Shown here: positions 30,232-42,409 of the stretch, one piece after another
Numbering within the stretch: position 1 is the stretch's first letter
Layout of the letters: each line of letters begins with the position of its first letter
Assembly: GCA_963817915.1 (NCBI GenBank)
Contig: CAWFQL010000016.1
Coordinates: 352,001 to 416,000 of the forward strand
Origin: an uncultured candidate division Zixibacteria bacterium
Lineage (GTDB): Bacteria; Zixibacteria; MSB-5A5; UBA10806
Direction of reading: 5' to 3'
Length of the DNA stretch: 64,000 nucleotides
Position numbers and translations under genes: made by a program
The notes under the pieces: generated by a model
Told to the model about the DNA's origin: nothing
The model's input: the letters and a program-made list of their open reading frames with translations, nothing else
Databases searched by the model: none

Positions 30232-31665
30232 ATCGCTACCGATCTCACCAATGAAAACGTCAGGCTGTTCTGATTAAAATTGGTGATTTCGGCATAAAGC
30301 TTCTTAGCCTCGGCGACCCTGTCGGTTTTTTCGTATGTCAACGCCAGATAATGTTTGGCGAATTGGTCCTTGGAATCGGCTTGCACTAGTTCCTTCGTGG
30401 CAGTTTTGTAATCTCGTTTCCAATACGCCACAACTCCCACGAGCGCGTGATAGCTTTCCTTGATGTTGATATTGTTTGATTCTTCCGCCGATTTTTTATA
30501 GTCCTCGATTCGGGCCTCGGCCATCTTATCTTTTTGTTGACGAGTCAAAACAATCGCTTCCGTGTAATCCGCATCGCGAATAAATCCATCGGCCAAGTCC
30601 TTTGTCGATTTCGGGTTTTTGTGCCATCGAATGCTCTTTACGGGCTTCGCGCAGGGCATTATCCAGATCTCCGATCTCGCGATAGATTTCGGCCATTAGC
30701 CCGTGAATTCCAATTTCGGTGTAGATATCTTTATGGGCGCGCGCGAATTTGAGCTGTTCCTTTAAGACAACAATACTCTTGGTGTACTTTTTCTCGTGGC
30801 TATACGATGTCGCCTTCCAGTAGTATGCCGTATTGGTGTCGGCTACCGATTGTGCCTGAGCCATATATTTATCATAGTGCTGCCGGGCCTTTTCGAAATC
30901 TCCCATAAAAAGATAATTATGCCCGATTCCGAGCAGTGATAAGGTGAATTTGGGATCCTTCTCCAATGATTTTGCATACGCGCCGATGGAATTGTTGTGA
31001 TCATCCATCCATAGATATATTTCACCCATTGAATCATGCGGATTTGCCTCGTTGGGCCTGAGTTCGGCATATCTCTTCAAGGCGTCGATAGCTTCCTGAT
31101 ATTTTCCCTGATTGGAAAGTGTATAGGCAAGCATATTGAATGCTAAGGCATAGTCGGGATTAATCTCGGTCGATTTTCTCAACTGCTTTTCGGCGTTGGC
31201 CCAATCTCCCATGCCATAGAGAAATCCGCCGTAGTAATAGTGTGCCCGCGGACTTTCAGGCAAAAACCCGATCAATTGGTCAAAATGGCCGCGGGCAAGG
31301 TCGGCACGGCCATCGGTAGCATTTTTCTGCGCGAGAATCAAAACGTGTTCCGGTTCTGACGCGTTAACCGATAACTCCACTGCCTTATTCAGTTTCTTTA
31401 GGAAGGCTTCGTTATTCGTGGATGTTAACGATGAAAAATAATACGCGATCGCACATTCGGGGTCGGCCTTAATTGCTTTTTCAAATAACGCGTTCGCCTC
31501 ATTGAATGCGAAAGCGTCATTCTTTTCGATACCCTGCTGAAGATACTTGAGCGCTTCCGGCGTTTTGCATGTGAAATTAAAATCTTGGGCCTGGGCAATC
31601 AGCGATTGTGAAACAAAAATCAACGCCGTCAAAAGCATCAACACTGAAGATCTTCTGCGAATCAT
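30219..31665 (-). CDS. Secreted TPR-repeat protein, split by an apparent frameshift near 30600-30640
   Basis: GGAGG RBS, signal peptide and TPR repeats in both overlapping ORFs (30526..31665 and 30219..30659). Confidence 0.8.
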
Positions 31666-32039
31666 CTGCTCCTCCTCTGTACTTCATGTTTTGGAAATTT
31701 TTTATCGGGAATATTGATCATTGCGCAATTCCCTCCTTCCAGATAATTTTTCCAAGAACGGCCAGCCTCTGATGAAGTATTCAATGATGTAAATCCGGCG
31801 AGATTTTTTGGACTAAAATAAATGTAGTATTCCTTTTCGAAAAATCAATGATTTTGCGAAAATAATAATCTACCACCATTCATATTGGTTACGAAAATTG
31901 TGTAATGAATGTTGCCACAACATCGATTTGATTTATTAATGATTGAACTGGGCTGATAATTTAGTTAACGGAGCCATGCCATCGCCCAAACTCGAATTGT
32001 CATTGTCGATAATTCGGCTGTCAATTAATATTTTTTCAC

Positions 32040-32068
32040 TTGCACATTTTTTATTCCGACAATATACT
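32040..32068 (+). promoter_or_regulatory. Sigma70-type promoter of ppdK
   Basis: TTGCAC-17 nt-TATACT, then AGGAG RBS before ATG 32120. Confidence 0.55.
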
Positions 32069-32119
32069 TTGAGGCAGTATAAATGATTGAATAGTATGAC
32101 TTTAAAATAAGGAGCGTTA

Positions 32120-34957
32120 ATGGCAGCAAATAAGACAGGCAAAGATAAGGGGAAAAAGGCGACTAAAGCCCCTTCTTCAAAGCCATCGAATGCCAAAAAG
32201 GCATTAAAAATCAAATCAAAGACAACGAATATCACACCAGCAACTGCCAAAAAGGCAGATGATTTCGATAGGCCTGTCGTAAAGATTTCCGGCAAGTTTC
32301 TATATTTCTTTGGCGAAGGAAAAGCCGAGGGGAACGGCAAGATGAAGGACCTCCTCGGAGGAAAAGGCGCTGGGCTCGCCGAAATGACCAATTCCGGAGT
32401 ACCGGTCCCGCCCGGATTTACAATCACAACCGAGGCTTGCAAACTATTCTATCAAAATCATATGACCATGCCGAATGTCTTTGAGGCTGAGATGCTGAAA
32501 TATATCTCCAAGCTCGAAAAAGCGTCCGGTATGGGGTTTGGAGACGCCAAAGCTCCCCTTCTGGTTTCAGTACGTTCAGGCGCCAAATTCTCCATGCCCG
32601 GAATGATGGACACAGTACTTAATCTTGGACTTAACGATGAGACATTGGTAGGATTAATCAAAAAGACGGAGAATGAACGTTTCGCCTATGATTCTTATCG
32701 ACGATTCGTCCAGATGTTTGGAAATGTTGTCCTGGGCATTGACAAATCCGAGTTTGAGCATGTTCTCGAAGACCGGAAAAAGAAACAGAGGATCAAACTC
32801 GATACCGAATTAAATGTCAACGATCTAAAAACCATCATTAATCGATACAAAGAGCTAATCAAAGAAAAAACCGGCGAGGACTTTCCTCAAAATCCTATGG
32901 AGCAACTCAATCGAACCCGCGATGCTGTATTCAAATCGTGGAATAACCCAAGAGCCATAACATATCGTCAGCTAAACGAAATTCCGACCGACTTAGGCAC
33001 GGCAGTTAACATCCAAGCGATGGTTTTTGGCAATATGGGTGAGACATCGGCGACTGGTGTAGGATTTACACGGAACCCATCGACGGGCCAAAAAGAGTTT
33101 TATGGAGAATATTTGACCAACGCTCAGGGCGAAGACGTGGTCGCAGGTATCAGAACACCCAAGCATATATCGCATCTCGCCAAGGAAATGCCTAAAGTCT
33201 ATAAACAGCTAAAAGAGATTACAGATAAGCTTGAAAAGCATTACAGAGACGTTCAGGATTTCGAGTTTACTATTCAGGAAGGGAAATTATACCTTCTGCA
33301 AACCAGAACCGGCAAAAGAACCACCGCCTCGGCTGTCAAAATCGCAGTCGACATGGTCAATGAGGGCTTGATCACAAAAAAAGAAGCCATCATGCGAGTT
33401 GAACCGATGCAGCTCGATCAGTTATTGCATCCGAGAATTGACCCATCGGCGCAGTTGAATGTTATCGCGAAGGGGTTGGCGGCATCTCCAGGCGCAGGCA
33501 GCGGAATGGTGGTATTCACCGCCGACGACGCGGTCCGTTATGCCGAAGCCGGCAAGGCTGTTATTCTTGTCAGACAAGAAACCAATCCCGATGATATCCA
33601 CGGCATGAATGCCGCTCAGGGAATTTTGACTTCACGTGGCGGAATGACATCTCACGCGGCAGTAGTCGCTCGTGGTATGGGAAAATGCTGCGTGGCCGGT
33701 GTCGAGGATATCAAAGTATATGAAGTCGATAAAAAATTCATAGTCGGAAATCATGTCGTGAAAGAAGGCGACCAGATCACATTGAATGGATCCAAGGGCG
33801 AGGTAATCCTGGGTCAGGTTCCGACAATCGCACCGGAGCTCTCGGGCGAATTCGGTATATTCATGAAATGGGCCGACGAGCTTCGCAAATTGAAAATCCG
33901 CACTAATGCCGATACACCGGCCGATGCCGCTCAGGCGGTTGCATTCGGAGCCGAGGGTATCGGGCTGTGCCGTACCGAACATATGTTTTTCGATCCCGCG
34001 AGAATCCCGATTGTACAGGAGATGATTCTCGCCAACGATGAAATCGCCCGCAGGGAGGCGTTGGACAAATTGATGCCATTCCAGAAGGACGATTTCAAGG
34101 GAATCTTCGAGGCGATGGATGGCAGGCCGGTTACGATTCGTACGATCGATCCACCGTTGCATGAATTCCTTCCACAAAAGGCCGATGTCCAGAAGGAAAT
34201 TGACGCTCTCAAGAAAAAGGATGCCTGGGAAGACGAGATTAAGGCCAGGGAGAAAATATTGGCTCGTATCGACGAGCTGAAGGAATTCAATCCGATGTTG
34301 GGACATCGCGGCTGCCGACTTGGCATAACATATCCCGAAATAACCGAAATGCAGGCTCGCGCGATTTTCTCGGCCGCATGCGAAGTAGCACGCGGGCGCA
34401 AGGCCAAGGCGCCGGTCGTCGAGGTTATGATACCACTGGTAGGTATCCCGGCTGAGTTGAAGCACCAAAGAGATATTGTCATCAGGGTCGCCGAAGAGGT
34501 AATGAAGAAATACAAAGTCGAAGTTCAATACATGGTCGGGACAATGATAGAGGTGCCGCGCGGCGCACTCGTAGCCGATGAGATCGCCAATGACGCCGAA
34601 TTTTTCAGCTTCGGCACCAATGATCTGACTCAGATGTCATTTGGATTCTCGCGCGATGACGCCGGTAAATTTTTGAAAGTCTATCTGGCCAAGGGCATAA
34701 TACTCAAGGACCCGTTTGTAACATTAGATACGGTGGGAGTCGGTCAGCTGATAAAGATGGCGATTGAAAAAGGACGGAAGACTCGTCCCGATTTGAAAGT
34801 TGGGATCTGCGGCGAGCACGGCGGCGATCCGGCCTCGATTCATTTCTGCCATAGTATTGGCATGAGTTATGTTTCGGCATCGCCATTCAGAGTGCCGATA
34901 GCTCGTTTGGCGGCGGCTCAGGCGGCCCTGGGCGCCAGCGAATACACATCGAAATAG
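32120..34957 (+). CDS. ppdK: Pyruvate, phosphate dikinase
   Basis: LGGKGAGLAEM, SVRSGA, GGMTSHAAVVAR (phospho-His), GTNDLTQ and GICGEHGG motifs. Confidence 0.98.
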   Translation: MAANKTGKDKGKKATKAPSSKPSNAKKALKIKSKTTNITPATAKKADDFDRPVVKISGKFLYFFGEGKAEGNGKMKDLLGGKGAGLAEMTNSGVPVPPGFTITTEACKLFYQNHMTMPNVFEAEMLKYISKLEKASGMGFGDAKAPLLVSVRSGAKFSMPGMMDTVLNLGLNDETLVGLIKKTENERFAYDSYRRFVQMFGNVVLGIDKSEFEHVLEDRKKKQRIKLDTELNVNDLKTIINRYKELIKEKTGEDFPQNPMEQLNRTRDAVFKSWNNPRAITYRQLNEIPTDLGTAVNIQAMVFGNMGETSATGVGFTRNPSTGQKEFYGEYLTNAQGEDVVAGIRTPKHISHLAKEMPKVYKQLKEITDKLEKHYRDVQDFEFTIQEGKLYLLQTRTGKRTTASAVKIAVDMVNEGLITKKEAIMRVEPMQLDQLLHPRIDPSAQLNVIAKGLAASPGAGSGMVVFTADDAVRYAEAGKAVILVRQETNPDDIHGMNAAQGILTSRGGMTSHAAVVARGMGKCCVAGVEDIKVYEVDKKFIVGNHVVKEGDQITLNGSKGEVILGQVPTIAPELSGEFGIFMKWADELRKLKIRTNADTPADAAQAVAFGAEGIGLCRTEHMFFDPARIPIVQEMILANDEIARREALDKLMPFQKDDFKGIFEAMDGRPVTIRTIDPPLHEFLPQKADVQKEIDALKKKDAWEDEIKAREKILARIDELKEFNPMLGHRGCRLGITYPEITEMQARAIFSAACEVARGRKAKAPVVEVMIPLVGIPAELKHQRDIVIRVAEEVMKKYKVEVQYMVGTMIEVPRGALVADEIANDAEFFSFGTNDLTQMSFGFSRDDAGKFLKVYLAKGIILKDPFVTLDTVGVGQLIKMAIEKGRKTRPDLKVGICGEHGGDPASIHFCHSIGMSYVSASPFRVPIARLAAAQAALGASEYTSK

Positions 34958-34961
34958 ACAT

Positions 34962-35036
34962 GTAGGGCAGGAGTCGCAGACTCCTGCCGAATAGTTTTTT
35001 AAGATGGCAGGAGTGTTCCACTCCTGCCACTTTTTT
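34962..35036. repeat. REP doublet (GGCAGGAGT..ACTCCTGCC) doubling as terminator
   Basis: Two related palindromes after the ppdK stop; the first is GTAG-led and the second is followed by a T-run. Confidence 0.7.
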
Positions 35037-35037
35037 A

Positions 35038-35066
35038 TTGACATCATCTCATTGCCGGCCTATATT
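35038..35066 (+). promoter_or_regulatory. Sigma70-type promoter heading the beta-helix gene array
   Basis: TTGACA-17 nt-TATATT. Confidence 0.65.
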
Positions 35067-35117
35067 TAATCAAAAGAGCAACTACTTGTGAATCGAGCCA
35101 GCCAAATTGGAGGGCGC

Positions 35118-36515
35118 ATGAAAAGATTTATTATAGCTGTGATGATGGTATTATCGTCTGCGGCTATTATTCAGGCGAGGATAATCAATATCCCTGCAGA
35201 TTACGCGACTATCCAACTTGGAATAAATGCAGTTACCAGTGGCGACACTGTTCTTGTGCAGCCGGGGACATATGTAGAAAATCTCGTCCTGAATGAACAC
35301 GGGATGACTCTGGGATCATATTTTCTGACCACCGGCGATACCTCCTTCATTGCCTCCACAATAATAGATGGAGACTCAAGCAGCACAGTAATCACGGTAC
35401 CAGCAGGGAATGAGGATATTGATATTACCGGATTTACGGTGCAGAGAGGGCGAGGCGCGGGGGGAGGTACCCATGTCCGGGGAAGAAATGTATTCATAAG
35501 AAATAATATTATTAGAGAAAATGTTGCGGCTGGTTTCCCGGCTCAAGGAGGAGGCATTTTCTGCGAAGACAACTCATTTTGCGTAATCTCTAATTGCGTC
35601 GTAATGAATAACCGAGCAGGTGACGGTGGGGGAATATATTGTTCGAATTCGGGACTATACGCACGAAATAATATTATTAAAAATAATCAGGCAAGATTCT
35701 CTGGCGAAGACGGTTGGGGCGGAGGGGGAATTTATCTTTACGGAATCACTTTCGGGTATATTCAGGGAAATATAATTATCGATAATCTGGGCGACATGGG
35801 AGGTGGGGGCATAAAATGCGTGTCATCATCATCTACCTCGATAGAAAACAACGTCATATATAATAATTCCATCGGCGGAGGAATTGTCACAAATTATTCG
35901 AACATTTCTATAGCAAACAATATAATCTGGAATAATCTCCCTGATCAGATTCATTTTTACTCATCTAATGATACTGTCGCTTACAATAATATCATGGGCG
36001 GATACGATGGCAATGGCAATATCAATCTTGATCCTGTGTTCCGCGACCCGACTAATGGCGATTTTCATCTGATGTCCGCATCCTGCGGGGATCCCGACAA
36101 TTCCCCGTGTATAGATGCTGGCAATCCGGCTATTCTGGACCTATTCTTGGATTGCCAATGGGGCCTTGGTACCTCTCGAAGCGATATGGGAGCTTATGGC
36201 GGACGAGACTCTATAGCGACCGATATCGAAGATCAATTGGTGCAATTACCTTTACGAACAGGATTGTTCCAAAATTATCCCAATCCCTTTAACCCCTCGA
36301 CAACTATTAAATATTCGATTTCCCAATCATCGAATGTTCAGATCAATATTTTCAATCTCCTCGGTCAGAAGGTTGAAACCTTATTCGACGGCTGTCGAAA
36401 TGCAGGCGAATATAGCGTATTATGGAATGCATCAGAAGTTCCGTCCGGCGTCTATTTCGCAAAGCTGAATAGTGAAATGAATTCGAAGAGCCTCAAGATG
36501 ATGCTTTTGAAGTAA
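35118..36515 (+). CDS. Secreted right-handed beta-helix protein with T9SS-type CTD (array copy 1)
   Basis: Signal peptide; PADYATIQ...DTVLVQPGTY; GGGIYC repeats; SPCIDAG...SDMGAYGG; NYPNPFNP CTD. Confidence 0.88.
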   Translation: MKRFIIAVMMVLSSAAIIQARIINIPADYATIQLGINAVTSGDTVLVQPGTYVENLVLNEHGMTLGSYFLTTGDTSFIASTIIDGDSSSTVITVPAGNEDIDITGFTVQRGRGAGGGTHVRGRNVFIRNNIIRENVAAGFPAQGGGIFCEDNSFCVISNCVVMNNRAGDGGGIYCSNSGLYARNNIIKNNQARFSGEDGWGGGGIYLYGITFGYIQGNIIIDNLGDMGGGGIKCVSSSSTSIENNVIYNNSIGGGIVTNYSNISIANNIIWNNLPDQIHFYSSNDTVAYNNIMGGYDGNGNINLDPVFRDPTNGDFHLMSASCGDPDNSPCIDAGNPAILDLFLDCQWGLGTSRSDMGAYGGRDSIATDIEDQLVQLPLRTGLFQNYPNPFNPSTTIKYSISQSSNVQINIFNLLGQKVETLFDGCRNAGEYSVLWNASEVPSGVYFAKLNSEMNSKSLKMMLLK

Positions 36516-36543
36516 TGATCGAGCCAGCCGAATTGGAGGGCGC

Positions 36544-39018
36544 ATGAAAAGATTTATTATAGCTTTGATAGTGGTGATATCTTCTGCGGTCATGCTTCAT
36601 GCGAGAATAATAAATGTCCCGGCGGATTATTCCACGATTCAGGCTGCCATTGATTCCAGCGCATATGACGATACGGTTCTTGTTAGCCCCGGTACATATA
36701 TGGAGAACATAAATTTCAATGGGCGTAGTATATTACTAGCTTCGCAATTTATTTTCGGCGAAGACACATCATTTATCTCGCAGACTATAATCGATGGAGA
36801 TTCCAACGCCTCTGTTATTACTATTAATGGCGCCGAGGGAGAAAGAACTGGCGTATGCGGCTTTACGGTTCAAAACGGACAATCATTTCTCGGTGGAGGG
36901 ATAAGTTGCGCTAACTCTAATCCGACTATATCCCATAACATAATCAAAAATAACGAAGCCGAATACGGCGGCGGGGGCATAATCTGCGTTTCCGGAAATG
37001 TGATTATTAAATCCAATCGAATAGTCGATAATTCCGCGACGGGGATCGTTTGGCCCACAAGGGGGGGTGGTATATATTGCTATAACGCCAATGTCCAGAT
37101 AATTGATAATATTATAGAAGGTAATACCTGCAATCCGGACAGCGGCAATCTTGGTCTTGGAGGTGGGATTCAATGCCATTATTCTAACGCAATTATCAAA
37201 TCTAACGTCATCAAATTGAACTCATCAAATAGCGACGGCGGTGGGATCGACCTTCCATTTTCAACAGCAATTATCATGAACAATCTGATAATATATAACA
37301 GCGCCTTTATTAATGGCGGAGGAATCCATGGTTCGGGAACTATTATAAACAACACTCTTGCAGGAAATTCTGCCGGCTATTATGGCGGCGGGTATTGCAG
37401 TGATGGGGGCTCTAATAGAATGATCATTAATAATATATTTTGGGATAATATCGCACCTAACGACCCGCAAATTTCCGACGCTAGTTCCGAGATAAACTAT
37501 TGCGATATCCAGGGTGGTCGAATTGGGCAGGGCAATATCGATGCCGATCCGCTTTTTAGAGATCCTTTCAATGGCGATTATCGATTGCAGATCACGGAGT
37601 GTGGTTATCCTGCTACCTCGCCATGCGTTGATACCGGCAGCCCGATTATTCAGGATAGCCTGCTATCGTGCGGATTCGGCCTGGGAACCAGATTAAGCGA
37701 TATGGGCGCTTATGCTGGTGGCGATTCGCTTCAACATATCGGCCGCACTTTGGATGTGCCTGACGATTACGGAACCATTCAAGGTGCAATCGATGCCAGT
37801 TTTAATAACGACACCATTATAGTCAGTCCCGGTACTTATGTTGAAAATATTCGTTTTGGAGGGCGAAATATAATATTGGCGTCATTGTTTTACCTTACTG
37901 GAGATCAATCTTACATCTCTTCCACTATTATCGACGGTAATGGTTCTGGCTCTGTGGTTACTCTTCAAAGCGGCGAAGATGGCACGAGCGTCATTTCCGG
38001 CTTTACCCTTAGAAACGGTTATTCGGGATCCGGAGGCGGAATCTATTGCTGCAATTCCGGCGCGATAATTCAATACAATATAATTTGTCAAAATACCGCT
38101 TACCACGAATATGGCGGCAATGGCGGGGGTATTGCATGTGAACATTCAAGTCCGACGATTATGGGGAACATAATAACAGAAAATATATCCAATGGCGTGG
38201 GAGGCGGAATATCATTTATCTATTCCAACGCCCGCGTTATTAATAATATTTTGATAGGCAATAGCTCCGGATATAACGGAGGCGGTGGTTTATTCCTGTC
38301 ATTTTCAAACCCGCGAATTACGGATAATACGATTTATGGTAATTCCTCAGAGCTAAGAGGTGGCGGAATATGGCTTAGTTATAACTGCAGCCCAATTATG
38401 ATCAATACTATATTAAGATCTAATTGGTCGAACTCCGATCCCGAAATAGGATATGAATCCGGTTCATTAATAAGGATTAGATATAGCAATATTGAAGGCG
38501 GTTGGTCTGGCGAGGGCAATATCGATTGCGATCCGCTTTTCCGCGATCCGCTTGGCGGCGATTTTCATTTGATGGCGATTTCCTGCGATGATTCCGCGAA
38601 TTCACCATGTATAGATGCTGGAGATCCAGCGATAGTCGATTCGATCCAGGCCTGCAACTGGGGGCTGGGGATGGCAAGAAGCGATATTGGATTCAACTGT
38701 GGCAATATGCCAACCCCGTGGACTGATTTAAACCAAAGCGAAATAAGCGCGCCTGTAAAAATTTCTTTACTCTTTAGTTACCCCAATCCCTTCAATCCCT
38801 CGACAACAATTAAATATTCGATTTCTCAATCATCAAATGTTCAGATCAATATTTTCAATCTCCTCGGTCAGAAGGTTGAAAACTTATTCGACGGCTATCA
38901 AAATGCGGGCGAATATAGCGTATTATGGATTGCGTCAGAAATGCCATCCGGCGTCTATTTCGCAAAATTGAATAGTGAAAAGAATTCGAAGAGCATCAAG
39001 ATGATGCTTTTAAAATAA
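36544..39018 (+). CDS. Secreted beta-helix protein with two tandem beta-helix modules and CTD (array copy 2)
   Basis: Two VP.DY.TIQ.AID to SPC.D.G modules, then YPNPFNP CTD. Confidence 0.88.
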   Translation: MKRFIIALIVVISSAVMLHARIINVPADYSTIQAAIDSSAYDDTVLVSPGTYMENINFNGRSILLASQFIFGEDTSFISQTIIDGDSNASVITINGAEGERTGVCGFTVQNGQSFLGGGISCANSNPTISHNIIKNNEAEYGGGGIICVSGNVIIKSNRIVDNSATGIVWPTRGGGIYCYNANVQIIDNIIEGNTCNPDSGNLGLGGGIQCHYSNAIIKSNVIKLNSSNSDGGGIDLPFSTAIIMNNLIIYNSAFINGGGIHGSGTIINNTLAGNSAGYYGGGYCSDGGSNRMIINNIFWDNIAPNDPQISDASSEINYCDIQGGRIGQGNIDADPLFRDPFNGDYRLQITECGYPATSPCVDTGSPIIQDSLLSCGFGLGTRLSDMGAYAGGDSLQHIGRTLDVPDDYGTIQGAIDASFNNDTIIVSPGTYVENIRFGGRNIILASLFYLTGDQSYISSTIIDGNGSGSVVTLQSGEDGTSVISGFTLRNGYSGSGGGIYCCNSGAIIQYNIICQNTAYHEYGGNGGGIACEHSSPTIMGNIITENISNGVGGGISFIYSNARVINNILIGNSSGYNGGGGLFLSFSNPRITDNTIYGNSSELRGGGIWLSYNCSPIMINTILRSNWSNSDPEIGYESGSLIRIRYSNIEGGWSGEGNIDCDPLFRDPLGGDFHLMAISCDDSANSPCIDAGDPAIVDSIQACNWGLGMARSDIGFNCGNMPTPWTDLNQSEISAPVKISLLFSYPNPFNPSTTIKYSISQSSNVQINIFNLLGQKVENLFDGYQNAGEYSVLWIASEMPSGVYFAKLNSEKNSKSIKMMLLK

Positions 39019-39046
39019 TGTACGGGCCAAACTAATCGGAGGAAAC

Positions 39047-41022
39047 GTGAAGAGATTTATTATAGTCTTGATATTGATACTATCAGCGGCGGTCATGCTT
39101 CAGGCGAGAATAATAAATGTCCCAGCGGATTATTCCACGATTCAGGCCGGCATAAACATTAGCGCAAATGGGGATACTGTTTTGGTGCAACCGGCGATTT
39201 ATCAGGAAAATATCAATTTCAACGGACGACGAATAGTATTATGTTCTTTGTATCTATTGAATCATGATACGACGTCGATAAATTCTACAATTATCGATGG
39301 TCAACAATCCGGTTCGGTGATTACGCTTAACCACGATGAGGATAGCCTTGCCGTCATATCTGGTCTTACTATTAGAAATGGGCGTTCACGTTTGGGCGGA
39401 GGGATAAATTGCCTTGATTCCAGTCCAATAATAAGAGACAATAAAATCAGTGGAAATACTGCCTATTATCAAAATGATTCAGATGGAAATGGTGGAGGAA
39501 TCGCTTCAATCAGCGGTAATCCGTTAATTGAAAGAAATAAATTCATTGGGAATTCTTCTGTAAGTGGTGGAGGAATTTGGATCGGGGCCGGGGCCAGGAT
39601 CAGGGATAATATATTTGTCGAGAACAATGCGCGAATCGAGGGCGCGGGGATATTTATTGGTAATGACACTGAATCGGAAATCACGGGAAATATCTTATCC
39701 GACAACCACGCTGGTTCGGGCGGCGGAATTTCGGCATTTAATATTTCAACGACATTAATCAGCGCAAACACGATTTCAGGGAATGATGTTAATCTCGATG
39801 GCGCAGGTATGTACTTATTTTTCAATAATGTTCCGGATGAAAGATCAATTATTGTTAACGACAATTCTATTTCGGATAATATTGCGTCGGGCCAGGGAGC
39901 CGGTATTTGCATACGCTGCAATTATTACGGTGAGGGCGACAGAATATTCATGATTTCTCATAACAACATATCGTCCAATATATCAGGAAACGGAGGAGGA
40001 ATATATTTGGGATATGGAGCTCGGCAATCTGTGGTGGAAGACAATATAATCAATAATAATTCAGCCAGTACCGGAGGCGGAATTTATTGCTTAAAAGAAT
40101 TCGATATAAAATTAAACAGGATCTATGGCAATAACAGTGTAATGGGGGGCGGAATATATTGCGAGAGATCTAATCCCAATATTATCGGCAACTCGATTTT
40201 CCAAAACCGCGCCAGCTTGATGGGAGCTGGAATTTGCTGCGATTACTCACCCGCCCCTTCAATTATAGGTAATCTGATTTATGAAAACGATGGGAATGGG
40301 ATATATTGCTACGAATCGAACCCGTTAATAAAAGGGAACGTAATATTCGAAAATACCGGCTTTGAAGGCGGAGGCATTTACAGCTGGTTATCGCACGCCA
40401 CAATAACCAATACAATTTTATGGGATAATAATGCGCCCGATGGCCCACAAATCTTGCTTGAAGACGATTCCTCTTCGCTGATATCCTACAATAATATCCA
40501 GGGCGGCTGGTCAGGTAACGGCAATATCAGCTCCAATCCCTTGTTCCGCGATCCAAATAATGGGGATTTCCATTTGATGTCTACAACCTGCGGCGATGCT
40601 TTCGATTCCCCGTGCATCGATGCTGGAGATCCAACAATATTTGATTCAATTTTGGATTGCCAGCATGGCCTCGGCACTGCCCGCAGTGATATGGGAGCTT
40701 ACGGCGGACAGGACTCTATTGCCACCGATATCGAAATCCCAATCGCTCAAATTCCTGAAAGATTTGAGCTTGATACAAAATTACCCCAATCCCTTCAACC
40801 CCTCGACAACAATTAAGTATTCGATTTCTCAACCATCGAATGTTCAAATCAATATCTTCAATCTCCTCGGTCAGAAAGTTGAAACCCTAATCGACGACTA
40901 TCAAAATGCGGGCGAGTACAACCTGATCTGGAATGCATCCGCAAGTGCCATCCGGAGTCTATTTCGCAAAATTGAATGCAGGAATAAAATCGAGCAGTAT
41001 AAAGATGATGCTTTTGAAGTAA
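39047..41022 (+). CDS. Secreted beta-helix protein (array copy 3); CTD interrupted by frameshifts near 40770 and 40945
   Basis: Same architecture; the CTD (QNYPNPFNP) continues in another frame to ...ATGATGCTTTTGAAGTAA. Confidence 0.8.
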
Positions 41023-41050
41023 TGTTTGGGCCAACCAAATTGGAGGGCGC

Positions 41051-42375
41051 ATGAAAAGATTTATTATAACTTTAATAGTGGCGATATCTTCTGCGGTCAT
41101 TCTTCACGCAAGGATCATCTATGTCCCCGCGGAGTACGGGACAATTCAAGCGGGGATTGATGTCAGCCTCAACGGGGATACGGTATTTGTTGAAGAGGGA
41201 GAGTATCACGAGCGTATTGACTTTAACGGGCATAATATTGTATTATGCTCAAGATTTCTGACCTTTGCGGATACTCTCAGCATAGAAAAAACTATTATTG
41301 ATGGAGATTCCTTAGGAACAACAGTCAAATTCCAAAACCATGAAGACAGCACTGCGGCTATTATAGGTTTTACAATAAGGCATGGCATAAACACAGCCGG
41401 AGGGGGCATATCGTGCCGTAATTCCAGCCCAAAAATCTTATGGAATATTATTTGCGAAAATGCCTCCGAGGGATGGAATGGTGGCGCAGGGATATTTGGC
41501 GATTCGTCGAATTCTCTCATTGCCTACAATAGGATTCGTCATAATTATAGCGACTGGAACGGCGGCGGCATGAGCTTTCGTTATTCTGAACCGAAAATCT
41601 ATAATAATATTATCACCCAAAATACGGCTTACGAGTGAAACGGCGGTGGAATGTATTGCAGTTGCAATACACATGCGAACATAGTCAACAATACTATTGC
41701 TTTTAATCAAGCATGTTACGGTGGCGGGGTTTACTTTGAACTCTCAAGTTCTGCTATTACCAATTCCATCATTTACTTTAATGATGCCTATGATGGGGGT
41801 GACGAAATTGTACATTATCAAGATATATTAACTATCACTTATTCCGATATCGGGGGCGGATTCAGCGGCGAAGGAAACATTAATATCAATCCATACTTTC
41901 GGTATATTGAAAACGATAACTTCAGGCTAATGTCAGCAGAATGTGGCGATTCGGTCACTTCGCCCTGTATCGACGCTGGAAGACCTGAAATTGAAGACGG
42001 TTTATTAAGCTGTTTCTGGGGCCAGGGCACTTCCAGAAGCGATATGGGAGCTTACGGCGGCGGCCCGGGCCAGCAGGTAAACATCAATAATGAGATTGAT
42101 AATAAACCGGAGAATTTCTCGATTGTGCAAAACTACCCCAATCCATTTAACCCAACGACATCAATCAAATATTCGATTTCTCAATCTTCGAATGTTCAGA
42201 TCAATATCTATCAATCTGCTCGGCCAGAAGGTTGAAAACTTATTCGACGGCTATCAAAATGCGGGCGAGTATAGCGTCATCATGGAATGCATCCGAAATG
42301 CCATCCGGTGTCTATTTCGCAAAATTGAATGCAGGAATAAAATCGAGCAGTATAAAGATGATGCTTTTGAAATAA
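41051..42375 (+). pseudogene. Secreted beta-helix protein (array copy 4) with in-frame TGA at 41636 and CTD frameshifts; may be sequencing error
   Basis: ORFs 41051..41638 and 41651..42235 are in the same frame (NTAYE*NGGG); CTD tail ends ...ATGATGCTTTTGAAATAA. Confidence 0.7.
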
Positions 42376-42409
42376 CGAAAATTTATCGCGTACGTCCATT
42401 GACATCGAT

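Noticed and set aside
33632..34528. Long antisense ORFs (298 and 194 aa) within ppdK
   Set aside because: Shadow ORFs of a conserved GC-rich gene with no recognisable motifs.
41636..41638. TGA recoding (Trp or Sec) in beta-helix copy 4
   Set aside because: The context (E*NGGG versus WNGG repeats) implies TGG to TGA, but TGA is a normal stop in parA, parB and others. A point mutation or base-call error is simpler.
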